Shown here: in pieces, positions 51,120-64,000 of the stretch
Layout: the number at the start of each line of letters is the position of its first letter
Numbering within the stretch: position 1 is the stretch's first letter
Origin: Mobula hypostoma
Taxonomy: Eukaryota
Assembly: GCF_963921235.1 (NCBI RefSeq)
Contig: NC_086100.1
Coordinates: 135,842,001 to 135,906,000, forward strand
Direction of reading: 5' to 3'
Length of the DNA: 64,000 nt
Position numbers and translations under genes: made by a program
Notes under the pieces: model-generated
Seen by the model: the letters and a program-made list of their open reading frames with translations, nothing else
What the model was told of the DNA's origin: nothing
The model's database searches: none

Positions 51120-52123
51120 TGTCATGTGATTGGCAACAATGAATTATGAATTGAGGCAGGTTTTATAAACAAACATAAACATTTATTAAACTCTGCTCAA
51201 CAAATAGCGAAAAGTATTCAAGCGACTAACCTAACCGGAAGTTAACTGCTATACGGCAACTTTGGAACAGTTGGTAAATGCGAGAACAGTTCTTAAGATG
51301 GTATTTGAAAGTCCAAGAGATTCACACAGGCAATAAGGAGAGACTTCTCTGGAAACGGATTTCTTCGAAGACATGACATTACTGCTAATTCTCCAAAGGA
51401 TTTACAATGAAGGAAATAACACGGCTTAAAGGAACTCTTCCTTCAGTTAGTCCTGACGAAGGGTCTCTTCCTGAAACGTCGACTGCACCTCTTCCTAGAG
51501 ATGCTGCCTGGCCTGCTGCGTTCACCAGCAACTTCTATGTGTGTTGCTTGAATTTCCAGCATCTGCAGAATTCCTGTTGTTTGCTTAAAGGAACTGACCT
51601 TTTCCTGGCGAGTAGACACTACTCAAACTTCCCTGCTCTTGCAGGAGTTATCGCAGATACAGGTCACCATTTCTGAAACGAATCCTCAATAAGGTTGATC
51701 CTTTATAAAGCCGTTGAACAACTCCAACTTTATTCTGATCCTTCAGGTTCCCATCCTTTAGTAAAGTCTTGACTCTCCAGTACTACTGAAAAGGGAAAAT
51801 TATAGATGCAACACACGTAAACCTGGCAGCAATTGGTGATACTGCCAGCACCGAACTTTGCACCTTAAAGTAGCCAGGAAAACTGTTTTAAAACGAAACT
51901 GCATCGTGACCAATACACAGCATAACGGAGTAGCATAACGAACTAACACAAAACTCAACAAACTGAAAACTAACTGCGTCACCAGGGTTTACCTTTATAT
52001 ACCTGTTGAGAACAGGTCATCACGTGACCTCGCACTGACGGGAACATTACATCATGTGACCTCCGCAAGACCGTTACATCATGCTCATAAGACAGTCACA
52101 AGATACTCATGGGGTATGTAACA
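51120..52123. mobile_element. Solo LTR, family A, second copy
   Basis: TGTCA...TAACA termini, 4-bp TSD catc (51116-19 / 52124-27), colinear with 27685-28513. Confidence 0.85.
51447..51486 (+). ncRNA. Minimal type I hammerhead ribozyme motif (Penelope-type)
   Basis: tagtc-CTGACGA-agg gtctctt cct-GAAA-cg-TC^gactg. The conserved core is intact, with stem I UAGUC/GACUG, stem II AGG/CCU and a palindromic ACGU in place of stem III. Confidence 0.7.
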
Positions 52124-52659
52124 CATCCAACACATCATTCTGCATAACTTGCACCACCTTCCACGGGATCCTACCACTAAACACATCTTTCTCCCACTCA
52201 CAACCCTCTACTTCCATCCTCTGCTTTCTCTGTCTCCCTTATCTGCTTGTCGATCCCCATTGATCTCCGTACTGGCATTTATTCCTGCAAACAGGACAAA
52301 GGCTACATCTACCCTTACACCTCCTCCTTCACAGCCACTCTGGGGCCCCATCAATCCTTTCTGGTGGAGTGACAACTCACCTGTGCCTCTGTCAGGGCTG
52401 TCCACTGTATCTGGTGCTCCTGCTGTAGCCTGCTCTACTTTGGTGTGACCCAACATAGATTGGCAGACTGCTTCATCAGGCACATTTGCTCCATCCATCA
52501 CAAAAGGCGAGCTTTCCTAGTGGCTACCTGTTTTTATTTTGCTTCCCATTCTGACAATGTCAGTTCATGGCCTCTTCTACTACCACAATGAGGCCACTCT
52601 CAGGTTGGCAGAACAACGCCTCGTATTTCATCTGGTTAGCCTCCAACCTCATGGCATCT

Positions 52660-53141
52660 ATTCAGCCAATCATGAGACAGCAATTCAATGCATAAAAGCA
52701 TGCAGACATGGTCAAGAGGTTCAGTTATTGTTCAAACCAACCATCAGAATGGGGGGAAAAATATAAGCCAAGTAACTTTGACTGTGGAATGATCGTTGGT
52801 ACCAGATGGGGTGGTTTCACTTTGTCAGAAACAACTGATCTGCTGGGATATTCACGCACAAGTCAAAAAACAAACATTCCAGTGATTGGCGATTATGTGG
52901 GCAAAAATGCCTTGTTAATAAGACACGTCAGAGGAGAATGGCCAGACTGGTTCAAGCTGACAGAAAGACAACACTAACTCCAATAACCATGGGTTGCAAC
53001 AGTGGTGTGTAGAAGACAATCTCTGAAGGCACAACACTTAAAGCTTTGAAGTGGATGGCCAACAGCAGCGGAGGAACCCAATCATACATTCAGTGGCCAC
53101 TTTTAGGTACATGAGGTACCTAATAAAATGGCCACTGAGTG
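52660..53141 (+). mobile_element. Non-autonomous Tc1-like remnant ending in a TIR-TIR palindrome
   Basis: HTH fragment SNFDCGMIVGTRWGG...SETTDLLGYSRT. Palindrome cattcagtggccac..taggtac / gtaccta..tggccactgagtg|TA at 53087-53143. Confidence 0.75.
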
Positions 53142-53333
53142 TATATTGCCTAGTGAGAATTCTCCAATGTATTTTTCTTTTTGGCCTGTTTGAGATCACT
53201 GGTGCTGGCCATCAGGAGTCTTGTTGAACTGATACCTGACAGTATCTGACAGCAACAATAGGGAGGTTCACAGTAATCAGTGCTAACAACTTTATATTTT
53301 ATTGTTGGCAGGTGCCATCCAGGTGTGATCTAA

Positions 53334-53630
<297 letters not shown>

Positions 53631-54847
53631 TAAGATTGAAAACCAGTCAACTGCCAGGATGTTATTAATCTCCCTGGATGGAAATGAATAATTCTTCAGA
53701 AGTAGCTTCCTTGGTGACATCCTTTTATAAAGAAGTTACCTTAATCTAACTGCTCAAGATGGCAAGCCTTTTTGACTTTATTCCAAGATGAAGTTCAAGA
53801 AATTCTATAATACTTTGCTGTAGCGCATTGTATGTAATTGTGGAAAACTTTTGGGTTCCCAGCAAGTATTGTCTTCATTCTTTGAAGGTATTGGTTAATA
53901 ATTTTTTTGTATTTCCTGTCAAAGTATGAAAATGTGCTCCCAAATGACCCTGGTATATGAACCAGGTAAATCAATCACAAATCATGACCTACTCCAAAGA
54001 TGTAAAAGTCTAAATCATTGGATGTTGTTCCTTTCACTGTTTTTTATTGTTACTAGTAGCCTATTTATGTGCTCTAAAGAATAATCTAAGGCTTTTTTTT
54101 GTGGTAATGGAATATGGTGCAGGATGAGCCCGAGGCCCATTTGTAAACGTGCTATTTCCCTTCAGAAAGTCCTTTTAATCTCATTGTTTAGACTATCACC
54201 AAAGCCTTAAACACAATTGTGGTTTCCCTTACATATCTGTACAACTTGCACTTTGAAAGCCATAATTGTCCAACACATATAGCAGGCCTATTTTTGGTAT
54301 GTTTCCTGAACCACTCCAACACACCTTATCTCCAAAAAGTACCTTTTGTTCATCTTCTGCTTTTCCCCCCGTTCTTTGAATTCTAATAGGAACCACTTCC
54401 CTTTGTGCCTTCTCTTAGAATCATATTTAATTCTATTATACTGCTTTTTAACTTTTGCTGCAAAGAGAAAATAACCTAATGTTTCTGTAACAATCCTGAA
54501 TCCTTCATCTTTGGAACTATTGCAGAAGATATTTTCCACATGCTTTTTAAGACTTTCTCATTGGACTTTCATGTTCTTTTCTAAGTGTGCTGATCAGAAT
54601 CTGTTGGAATGCTCTAGTTTGATGCATGCGCGTCTCGGTCCATCTTTTCCTACACTCTGAAGGAACTTAATTACCATTTGATCTCAATCTTTCTTTGTCA
54701 CCAAGTTTTTTTTTGTATTTCATCTGCCACTTGCCCACTCATTTACTTAGTGCATTCACGATGACTTTTTCCAAATTTTTTACACCATGTTTTAAAACGT
54801 GAAAGTTAATTTTACATTTGAAACCCAAAGCAAGACAAAAATATATA

Positions 54848-55861
54848 CAGTGGATTCCAGTTAATAGGGACCAATACATTTTGGCCCAATTAAGCAGCTG
54901 TCCTGGTTTGCTGAATTTTTATGGAAGTAGTTGCAATGGTATAATTGAGTAACAAATTATGTATGTAAATTAAATGCAGGGCCGGCTGGTGGCGCAACGA
55001 CATCGGCGCCGGACCCGGGAGCAGAGGTTCCCAGGTTCGAAACCAGTCGGGTCCGCTCCCAAGTACGCTTTCCCTCCGTGCCAGGTTGAGTGTTGAGGTC
55101 GCAACTCAACCTCGTAAAATAAAGGGAAAATACTGCGAAAATGTCTGTGTGAGGAGTGGTGCACCACACAGTCTCTCTCTCGCTCCGCGCCTTGTAAGAA
55201 AGCCATGAAAAAGACATCATCACGGACATGCACAGACAAGCACGCACAGACTCGCACGCACGCAGGCACACCTCAAAAAAAAGTAAATGAAATGCAGAAC
55301 AAATTAGGACACCAGTTCTACTACAGTACAATAAAACTAGTTCTTTATAGTTTATCAACGGAGGGTATAATGTTCTTTTGATTGTAAATTAACAATCAGT
55401 GCAGACACTTGATGGAGATAACGAACTGTCTTCATATAATGCTATTGGTGATTGTATCCTCCAAATTTTTATTTCCATTGTAATATTCAAGAATTTGAAA
55501 GTATTGACAAATTCAAGTAGTGAAATCTTTCCATTTTCAGTCCTGGCTGTTTCTGGCATCTGCAAGCCTGTATGCTTGAAACAGCAGTAAGCAAAACAGT
55601 TCTGAATTGTTTTACTGCTCATTTCTCGCCAACTATCAGTGACAAAAATCCCCGCTTTTTGAACACAAACACACGCAATTGACGCTATTTAAAAACTGTT
55701 CTCTCTGAGCACAGTGTAGTGTCTAATGGCAACACAAGTGCACATGTGACACTAGTTATAAAAATGTTTGGCAATAGTCTCCTGTCCCCATTAAGTGGTA
55801 GAGTGTCCCAAATAAGCAGCTACCCTGATTAACGAATGGCTCAATTAGCTGGAATCCACTA
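54848..55861 (-). mobile_element. Tigger/pogo-like non-autonomous DNA transposon
   Basis: TA|cagtggattccagttaat ... aattagctggaatccact TIRs. The minus-strand peptide FVTDSWREMSSKTIQNCF resembles the end of the pogo DDE domain. Confidence 0.78.
54980..55282 (+). mobile_element. Young tRNA-derived SINE with A tail and 15-bp TSD
   Basis: A box TGGCGCAACG, B box GGTTCGAAACC, CpG-rich. TSD gtaaattaaatgcag (54965-79) / gtaaatgaaatgcag (55283-97). Confidence 0.88.
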
Positions 55862-58800
55862 TTTATTTTAAAAAAAACACAACTAGCAACAACTCCTGTG
55901 TACATAATCTACAATCCTCTAGGTGCGGTGAGTAACCATTGCCTGCTTCCCCATCAAGTCAATTTCTTATCAGCGAATGCTAGTACTGAGCCTATTAGAT
56001 TGACTCCAATCTTTGCTCTCTTCTCTGTAAGCATTTATCAATGCTTTCTAAAATTATGCTTGATAGCTTCTGTATTCTTTTCTTCAAGCCTTTATTACAG
56101 CAGCAAAGAAATTCACTCAATATAGTCAAACCATATATTCTACAGGGTTATCTGTGCTTCAGTTTGCCGCATTTGTTTATAACCACACATTTTAAATATC
56201 TATCTTGGTCTCTTCTCTGCTCTCATTTATTCACTGTTACTGCCCACTCCTAATGTTCGCACTCCCTTCCTACCTTTTTCTCTTACTACATACTAGAGGC
56301 CATCCATGTACTAGCTTAGACTAGTCCCAGTCCTTGAGGTTCAACCTGTTTATCATGAGTATGTCTCTCCTGCCTGAAAACTGTCATGGCTCTAAGAATC
56401 TGAAGCCTCATTTCCCTCCCCAATTATTCTAGTTGGGTATTAATCTGTTCCAACATTATATTTCATTTTAGTTTACGACACGAGAACTATTCAAGAGGCT
56501 GATTCCTCCAGAAATTCTGGTTTGTTTCTGTCATTAGTACTGACTAGCTCTGATTTGTCTCCTTGTGTTGCTGTGCCCTTTCCAGGTGCCTTTCCTTTGG
56601 AAAAAAGGAAAGCCACATATAGTGATTCCAGAAATTCCCATCTGTGTCTCCAGCAATGGAGTTTTTATGGTTCCTCCATTTTCCTGTTTCTACAGGTTCT
56701 TTACATGTGCAAGGACTGCTCTTTTCCATTCTGGAATGTATTCTTTTAAAATGTTTTCCCTGTAGGGATGGTAACCATTTAGAGAGTTGCATTCACCTTG
56801 CAGACTTACTGCAAAGATATCATTGTGGCAGATTCTGATCTTAAGTGGAAGTTGTGAAATGGAATGCAATAAATCTGGTGATTAATGGGTTAATACAATA
56901 ACTAATTACAAAAGCTACTGAACCGTTGATGCTCTGTCACATAGGGTTCCAGTTTCTGCCATCTTTCTCCTCCTCGCCCCCCCCCCCCCGGCCAAACAAA
57001 TACAGGGATACTCCATGACTTTCTCAGTGGTGACATGGCAGGTAAATTGACTGTGAAACAAGGTGTCTATTGCTGGTAGTAGTGACCATACATTGGTTAG
57101 GCCTTGGTGTGACCAATTAATTATGAAGCATGCTAGCAGAACCCATGTCAAGTGCTAGCTGAAAGACCAGGAATAGTCTTACTTTTACACTTAATGAAAT
57201 CCAGGATGAGCCTGATGAGATTTGTTCTCTCAGATTGGCAGGGCAGACACAACCAATGGTGGAGATACATAATGCTTCACAGTTATGTTTTGGATTAGCT
57301 TATTAAATTATTGCTTGTTCCCACCATTGTAACTTCTCCGATACTATTTACATAAAATAATACCACTTTCATAAAAGGATGGGGGAATATGCTGTTACCT
57401 CTAGCAAATGTTTATCTGTGATAAATCTTAAAAATTGGTCTCATCTCAGTATAGACATGATTATCTGTGGCATGATTATCATGTCCAGTAGGACAAATAT
57501 GGAGCACTCCTTATTCAAAGCTCAAATTCGTGAGTGTGGTGAACTATAACCAGGATATCATGACAATATCAAAACTCAGGCCTAGTTTCACTTTCTACTG
57601 TCAAACTAAATGGTCAATTTGAATTACTGGAGAGTGTCACTAGAACAGCACCAAATAGTCCTTAAAATATAGCTCTACACGTCAAACACTTGAAGGTATG
57701 GTAGCATGTTCACTTGAGATTTTCTCAATCAGAAAATTGAGTATCCCATACAGGAACAAGATATTTTATGACTGTTGTGACAAAAGGATAGTCAATAGTT
57801 CAGAATTAAATAAGTAACATGCATTCTTTATATAACTTGATTTTTGAAAAAACAAACAAAAGGTTTGGTTCAGTTTGACTGCAGGGTCTTGATCTCAACA
57901 GAACAAACTGAAGGTATGAATTGCGAGTTATGTATTGTAGATTTAACAATAAGTTATGACAGAAAATGAGCAATAGCTAACATTAAATATTGAGTAAATT
58001 AAAAGATTTGTTGGGGGAGGGGTAATGGCAAAGAAAAAATCGCAAAGAAAAGTGATCTAGCCATGGCTACCAAGGGAAATTAAGAGGTTTCATGGCATTT
58101 ACCAAACCAATTAATCTATGGATTACTTAACCCTGACAAATATTCAAGATAGAACAAAACTAATGGAACCGAGTACTACTGTATTAGCCACCTTCATTCG
58201 TTGACAGAATAAATTGTCATTCAAGCTGTCAGTTAGCATCAGATCTTCAATAAGCTAAAAGGCATTTGGTTCAAATTTGGCTGTAAAGATTACTTTTAAG
58301 AAATTAATGGAGTACTTGGCCAAATATTATCCTAAGCAGTCCATGATATTTAATGGTGGAATCCCACAAGGGTTGGTGATGCCTAAAATACTGGAACAGT
58401 ACTCTATTCATATTTGGGATGATGGAAGACTGGTAACAGTCTTGTGTGATGATCACGTCTAGCAATAGTGCTGAAAATTTCCCTGACTTTCAGTAACATA
58501 GCCACATGACCCATCTACCAGAATCTTAATTGGGCTAAATGTGCTGCACACTAACAACAGAAGCTAGTTATTACATGATACTGCCAGACTCCTGGAACCC
58601 TTTCCACTTACTACAAATGGGTTGGGGGTGGGGTTTGCTAGTCAAGAACTAGCATACTAATCAGTAGTACTGTCCACAAGCATAGAACACTATAGGATAG
58701 GATAAGCCATTTGCTGATGACTAAAGTTTAAATCTGGCAAGAGTAAAATGGTATCTTTGAGTTGCACCTGGATACTGATTTAAATATTAATAATCCTAGA

Positions 58801-60364
58801 TGGGTGGTTAAATTACAACTGTTTAAATTTGCTTTATCTTCTGCCTGTATCAGCAAGAAGGATTATCCAGCAACTTCGGGAGGAGTAACATCAGTCTTTT
58901 AAATGGCGTATACAATCCTGGAGTGAACACATTGAGTTTTAAACTCATCATTACTGAAAATAATAACATTTCTTACCTAATAGTAATAAAGGGCATTTGC
59001 CATTGAGATTACAATAGCTCAAAGTCCATAATCACACCCAAGAGCTACTAAGGGTAGCTAATGTTCCCTTGTTGTTGCTGTCCATATACTAAACATTGCT
59101 GGGCATTCATTTGTTTATGTTACATCAATGTTTGACTAATAAATTTGTAAAATATTAGTGTGGTCAGATGCTTAAAATAAATAACTTATCATTCTCATCA
59201 TGTTGACAGAATAGCATTATTTTTCTGATCTTAATGCTTATTGGCTAATGGCTGCACTATGCATGGGGTCAATGTTATCCAATTTTATTTCCTGATATCA
59301 TTTAACTAACGGCTGTACAATCTACAGTGAAATGAACATGGTTACAATCCAATCCTTAGTGAGTGTGCATATTTGAGAAAACCTTTCCTAAGGAAAAATG
59401 AATAGTCCAGAAAATAGGAGAAATTCAAATTGAAACCCATGCCCTCATGTGGTTGGCTTCAAGTTCTTAGTACTACATCTGGCCAGATGATATTTTAGTT
59501 TGTGCCTCAAGTTGAAATATTTTTTCCATTTATTATTTATTCCCTTGAGAACACAAGTATGCCAAAATTTAGTAGAATGAGACACATTTATGGCAGCCAC
59601 AATATGTTGGATTTTTATCTCCACCTTTGCAGCTCTAAACATTTACTGCATAATTGCTTATAATAAGTTGGTAGTAAGCCATTCAAGATCTTGGGAAATG
59701 TTTTGTCTTAATTATATTTAAGCATCAAGAAAGAAAGTGAATAATAAAGGTGAAATGCAGTGGCTTTGAGTGGGCTAGACTGGTTTTAGAAAATATGAAA
59801 AGGGAAATTTTAATTTAAAAGAACTTTTGCACTACTACTTGCAGACACTACTCTTACGGGCTTCCATTGTTCAGCAACTTGTCAAGATCATAATGTCATC
59901 GACAACTGCAATAAGTTAATTCAGCAGTTTCTTATTTGGGGAGATTAATGGTGAGCTATTGTGTAATACAAATTGTAGATTAACATTAAGATAATTAATG
60001 CATTTTGTAAGATCCAAACCTCAACATTTCTTCTACCGATGTTCCTTCTACCCCAGCCAATAACTTGTTCTTTCCTGGCACTAAATGGTAAATACTGTGA
60101 ACAAATGAATTTTTTAAAAGTTAGAAACAAGTTATTCATATGCTGAAATGACTATAAAATGTTTTTTTATTAAATTGCTGAAAAACATAGGAATAAGATT
60201 TGTTGAAGATTTTTATTTGCAAAATTTTACTTGCAACCAAATGGTACTATTACATGTTGTGAGATATCATATTGAATGTTATTGTTGGATCCTGGCATAT
60301 ATATATATGTATATCACATTTATGTAAAAAAATATTAAAATCTGAGATTTTCTGAATCTATTGA

Positions 60365-60535
<171 letters not shown>

Positions 60536-62594
60536 TAAGTAAGTAGTGTAACTTTTTCATAAAACTTGGACAAGCACTTAGTGACGTATTGTGATGGTAA
60601 AAGTTCATCATATTGTCCAAGTGACAAGCCAAAGTACTACATCTTTAGAAGGGTAAGTGCAAAGTATTAACTGAATATAAATGCCTGTGAAGTTATTGGT
60701 TGGAAGTACCAAAACACCAAGTGGAGATTTGGATTAATCAACATTATTTCTACTGAGCTCCAACTGCTGAAAGCTTAAAACTGAATTACTCTCTGGAAGG
60801 TTTCAGATTAGTGTAAATCATTCTAACTAAGGATAAAGAAAATAAAGTGAGGTCCTGGATGACAGCTGGGAAAGTGTGAAGGCTTATTAATTACAGTTGA
60901 TCTGTCTGAAGAAGGCCTAAAAAGGAGCTGAATGAGAAAGGAAAGAAAATGGTGCAGTTTGCAGGAAGTGTCAAAATTACTGATAGGTCCATCAGTGTCT
61001 CTGGAAAGAACTGCATCAGAGCTGACCAGATCTGACACACACTGCAAAGCAAATTGTAAAGGCTGGTTATTTGAACTTAATTCATTTCCTGAAACCATTT
61101 TACATGCATGCCTGTCAAAGCTTAACTGAGCCTTGTTAGGATAGTGTTAAGAGGTAAAAGTATAGTTAGGAGTGGGTTTGTTGTTAATGAAATGAAACCT
61201 GGCTGGATGGTGAGTTGCTCTTGCATAATGGATTTCTACAAAGTGGTTGCCTAATCAGTTAGATTTCTCCAAAAGCAAAATGGATCATAAATACTGAATA
61301 TATTATAAAACAGACGTGTAGATGAATTGTGGTTTCACCTCAAAGGCTGGGTCTTGTGATAGAAAGGCAAAAGGTAAAATGTCATGTGTTGCATTTTCTG
61401 GGACTCCTGACTTTTATAAGAGTGGAAGTTGAGATGGAAGAATGAATTGAGTCAACAAGAGAGCAGTTCCTAAAGAATGGGAGTGTGAAAGATGTGTCTC
61501 AAGGTGGCATCTTATTGTAGTTGACAAATTAGCATGGTCTGTTGAATGTGGAGGCTGGAGGGGTGGAAATTGAGAATTGGAAAATCAATCCTTTGGAGAG
61601 GTCTGAGAAAAAAGTGCAAGAAATTGCACTTCTGTAGCTATAGTTAAGTAAAAAACTGAAGCTGTGGTGTGGAATACTTTGTCATCAGAACTGACAACAA
61701 AACTGATGAGAATAATGAAGACTGAAAGAAGGAAGGAATTGGCTTGGATCTATGACAGCTCACATCTTATTCTCGTGTTGAAAAACTTTTAACTCCACTT
61801 ATAAAGGAAGATGATGCTGGAGGGTGATGAGTTGTGCCCTCAGTGAAAAGGTTCTTTGGGCCATCCTTGTGTGAGGTGAATGTATGAAGAAATAGAACAT
61901 TCATAGTGAAAATGTGCAAGTTGAGTACAGGAAACTTCAAGTCCACAGAGGCCATGGATCAAAGTAGAAAGAAACTGGACAAGAATAGAAGAGTCAAGGT
62001 AAAAAGAGAAATTAGAAACCTATTTATTTGGCTGAAGTGATTCGACCAGGAAAATCCTATTTATTTGTGGGTTTGGGTATGAGGAGAAAAACATGTCCTG
62101 GATGGTTAGGGGCTATGTGACTGGAGGATGAGGGAGATCTCTAAAGCAAATGAGGTAGATCACAAGGAGATAATGGTCTGGTTTTCAATGGTGGGTATAT
62201 GGTCCAGAGGACTGTGTAAATGAAGTGCCAGAAAGCTGGCATTCAGACTCAAAAGTTCTATACTTGGTAACTGATTGGAAGATGGTTCATTGGTTACCAT
62301 CTCACTGTTCACATGATAATTTAATGATTTTCAGAGAACCGCCAAATAGAGTATAAAGTTACAAAAGACAAATTATTAAATACAAGATGTTAACAAATGT
62401 GGATTTGGGCGGCTAATTGGAAAATTAATTTCAAATTAGATTAATGAGATGCATGATTTTGGTAGGAAGATTTCTAAGTAGCTTTGAACAAAGGGACCAA
62501 AGGGAATATTTACATGTTTCATCAAATTTAGAGAAGCAGGTTAATAATTGCAGTTTAAAATTGAAGCTCAAAACGTGGAACAAACCTACATTTG

Positions 62595-62725
62595 TCAGAA
62601 ATGAGACAATCTGCAGATGCTGGAAATCCAAGCAACATACTCAAAGTGCTACAGGAACCTAACAGGCCAGGCGGTATCTATGGGAAAGAGTACAGTTGAC
62701 GTTTCGGGCTGAGTTCCTTCAGCAG
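62595..62725 (-). mobile_element. Penelope-like terminal-repeat fragment with a mutated hammerhead core
   Basis: The minus strand reads ctgCtgaaggaactcagcccgaaacgtcaactg. It is embedded in old CR1 remnants (~62380-63250, 63800-64000). Confidence 0.7.
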
Positions 62726-64000
62726 ATATTTGTCAGACCTGTTGTGCATGCTGACTTGCTTGATTTGACTGTTATGGATCCTGTTGAAGTTTGTTATTAA
62801 AAATTAGAGGTTGGGAGACAAGTTGCACAATAAATTTACAAGGATGGTACAAGAAGTACTGTGTTACACTATTAGACAAACTGGATGGAAGTTCTTCTCT
62901 CTGGGAAGGAAACTTGTGAAATGGATGTCTTTTAATGTCTTGTAGATTAGACTAAGAGCCATTATGCAAAGTTTTTTCCTTCTTCAAAAAATCCTTGGGA
63001 GGGCAGGGGGATTTCTTGCAATTTGCTTACCTCCAGGGTGGTTACAAAACAGAATATGCAGATAGGTCAAATCAAATAATGTTGATCATTCTAAGGGAAG
63101 CAAGGGAAATAGTGCAGTGAGGGTTTTTGGGAATAAAGAATAGTAATTGAATTTTTTTTTTGTAGTAAGAGTAGGCTGAAAGGTAGAATTAGAATGAGGA
63201 AGCTTCTGTGGAGCAGGCACAAGCAAGGTTCACCTGTGTCAAAGTGGCCTGTTTCTGTGCTGTTGTCATAAGTATGTTGTAATTTTCACTCATGGAAGAA
63301 ACTGTTAATGTTGTGCTTTAATGTGGTTAAAACTCATAAGGAATGAGAAACAATTGGCAGTCATTTATTCTGGTCAAATTCAAACTTTGTGCCCCATTCT
63401 CATAATGATCGCTGGAGGAATGTCGTGTTCTTTTTTCTCTTGCCATTTTTATGCACACAGGAAGGAGAAAGGGTAGTTTGAAGCTGAACAGCAGTTGTCT
63501 GAGCAATGACACTGAGCTGTATACCTGTCTCTTGACTAGGTAGTTTGAATTTGAGTTTCATAGCTGTTTTTTACTTGGGTTCCAGTTTGATTTTACTACC
63601 AGGTCTATTTGTTGTCTGGCTATCCTGCTGGGAAATAAGTAGCTGTAGTTTGCTTTCTTCTGTGGTATTTGTAAAAGCTTGCTGTGTAGGTACAGCAGGT
63701 AATTAGGAAAGCACTCAGAATTTCTAATCCAACTCTGAATTACCGCACTTTGGGAGGTCAAATGTAAGGGGGAAATATAATTAATGGCAGGGCCATTAAT
63801 ACTATTGATATTTAGAGGGATCATTGGATCAAGTCCATATGGATTGAATGTGGCATTGCAAGCAGATAGAGTAAAAAATGTGTATGGTATGTTTGCTTAT
63901 ATTGCTAAGAAGTTTGAGTCAAGAAGTCATATATTACAGTTGTATAAAACTTTGGTTAGGCTGTACTTTGGGTATTGTGTGGGGTTCTGGTTGCCCATTG

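Larger units (their letters stand above)
50800..52660 (+). mobile_element. Penelope-like fragments interrupted by a solo LTR
   Basis: MSVHGLFYYHNEATLRLAEQRLVFHLVSLQPHG at ~52557-52660, and related sequence at 50800-51119. Confidence 0.7.

Noticed and set aside
58277-58462. IPQG...CDD peptide resembling RT motifs LPQG and YxDD
   Set aside because: No surrounding RT motifs and the DD context is wrong, so it is probably coincidental.

Overview
Vertebrate genomic DNA, most likely a cartilaginous fish, judged from the repeat landscape of V-SINE/HE1-like SINEs, CR1, Rex1/Babar and abundant Penelope-like elements. Two host genes lie on the + strand. The first is the last three coding exons of an ADP/ATP translocase 4 (SLC25A31/ANT4; 5051-17575). 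About 21.5 kb downstream are the CpG-island promoter and first five coding exons of HSPA4L (HSP110 family; 39137-60467, continuing beyond the window). This is the same gene order and orientation as in mammals. The rest is mostly layered, decayed transposable elements: Tc1 and pogo/Tigger DNA transposons, a Chapaev3-type transposase relic, a palindromic mariner-type MITE, CR1, RTE and Rex1/Babar LINEs, tRNA-SINEs, five TG..CA-type solo LTRs and many Penelope-like fragments. The most notable points are: an apparently intact ANT4 with an altered RRRMMM signature (RRRLMM); a minimal hammerhead ribozyme carried as a 146-bp TSD-flanked insert; two short RTE-like inserts sharing a possible HDV-like ribozyme motif; and an unexplained ~3 kb stretch in HSPA4L intron 4 that may be a decayed viral env gene. 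I found no convincing wholly new biological system. Family assignments rest on motif recognition, not on database searches.
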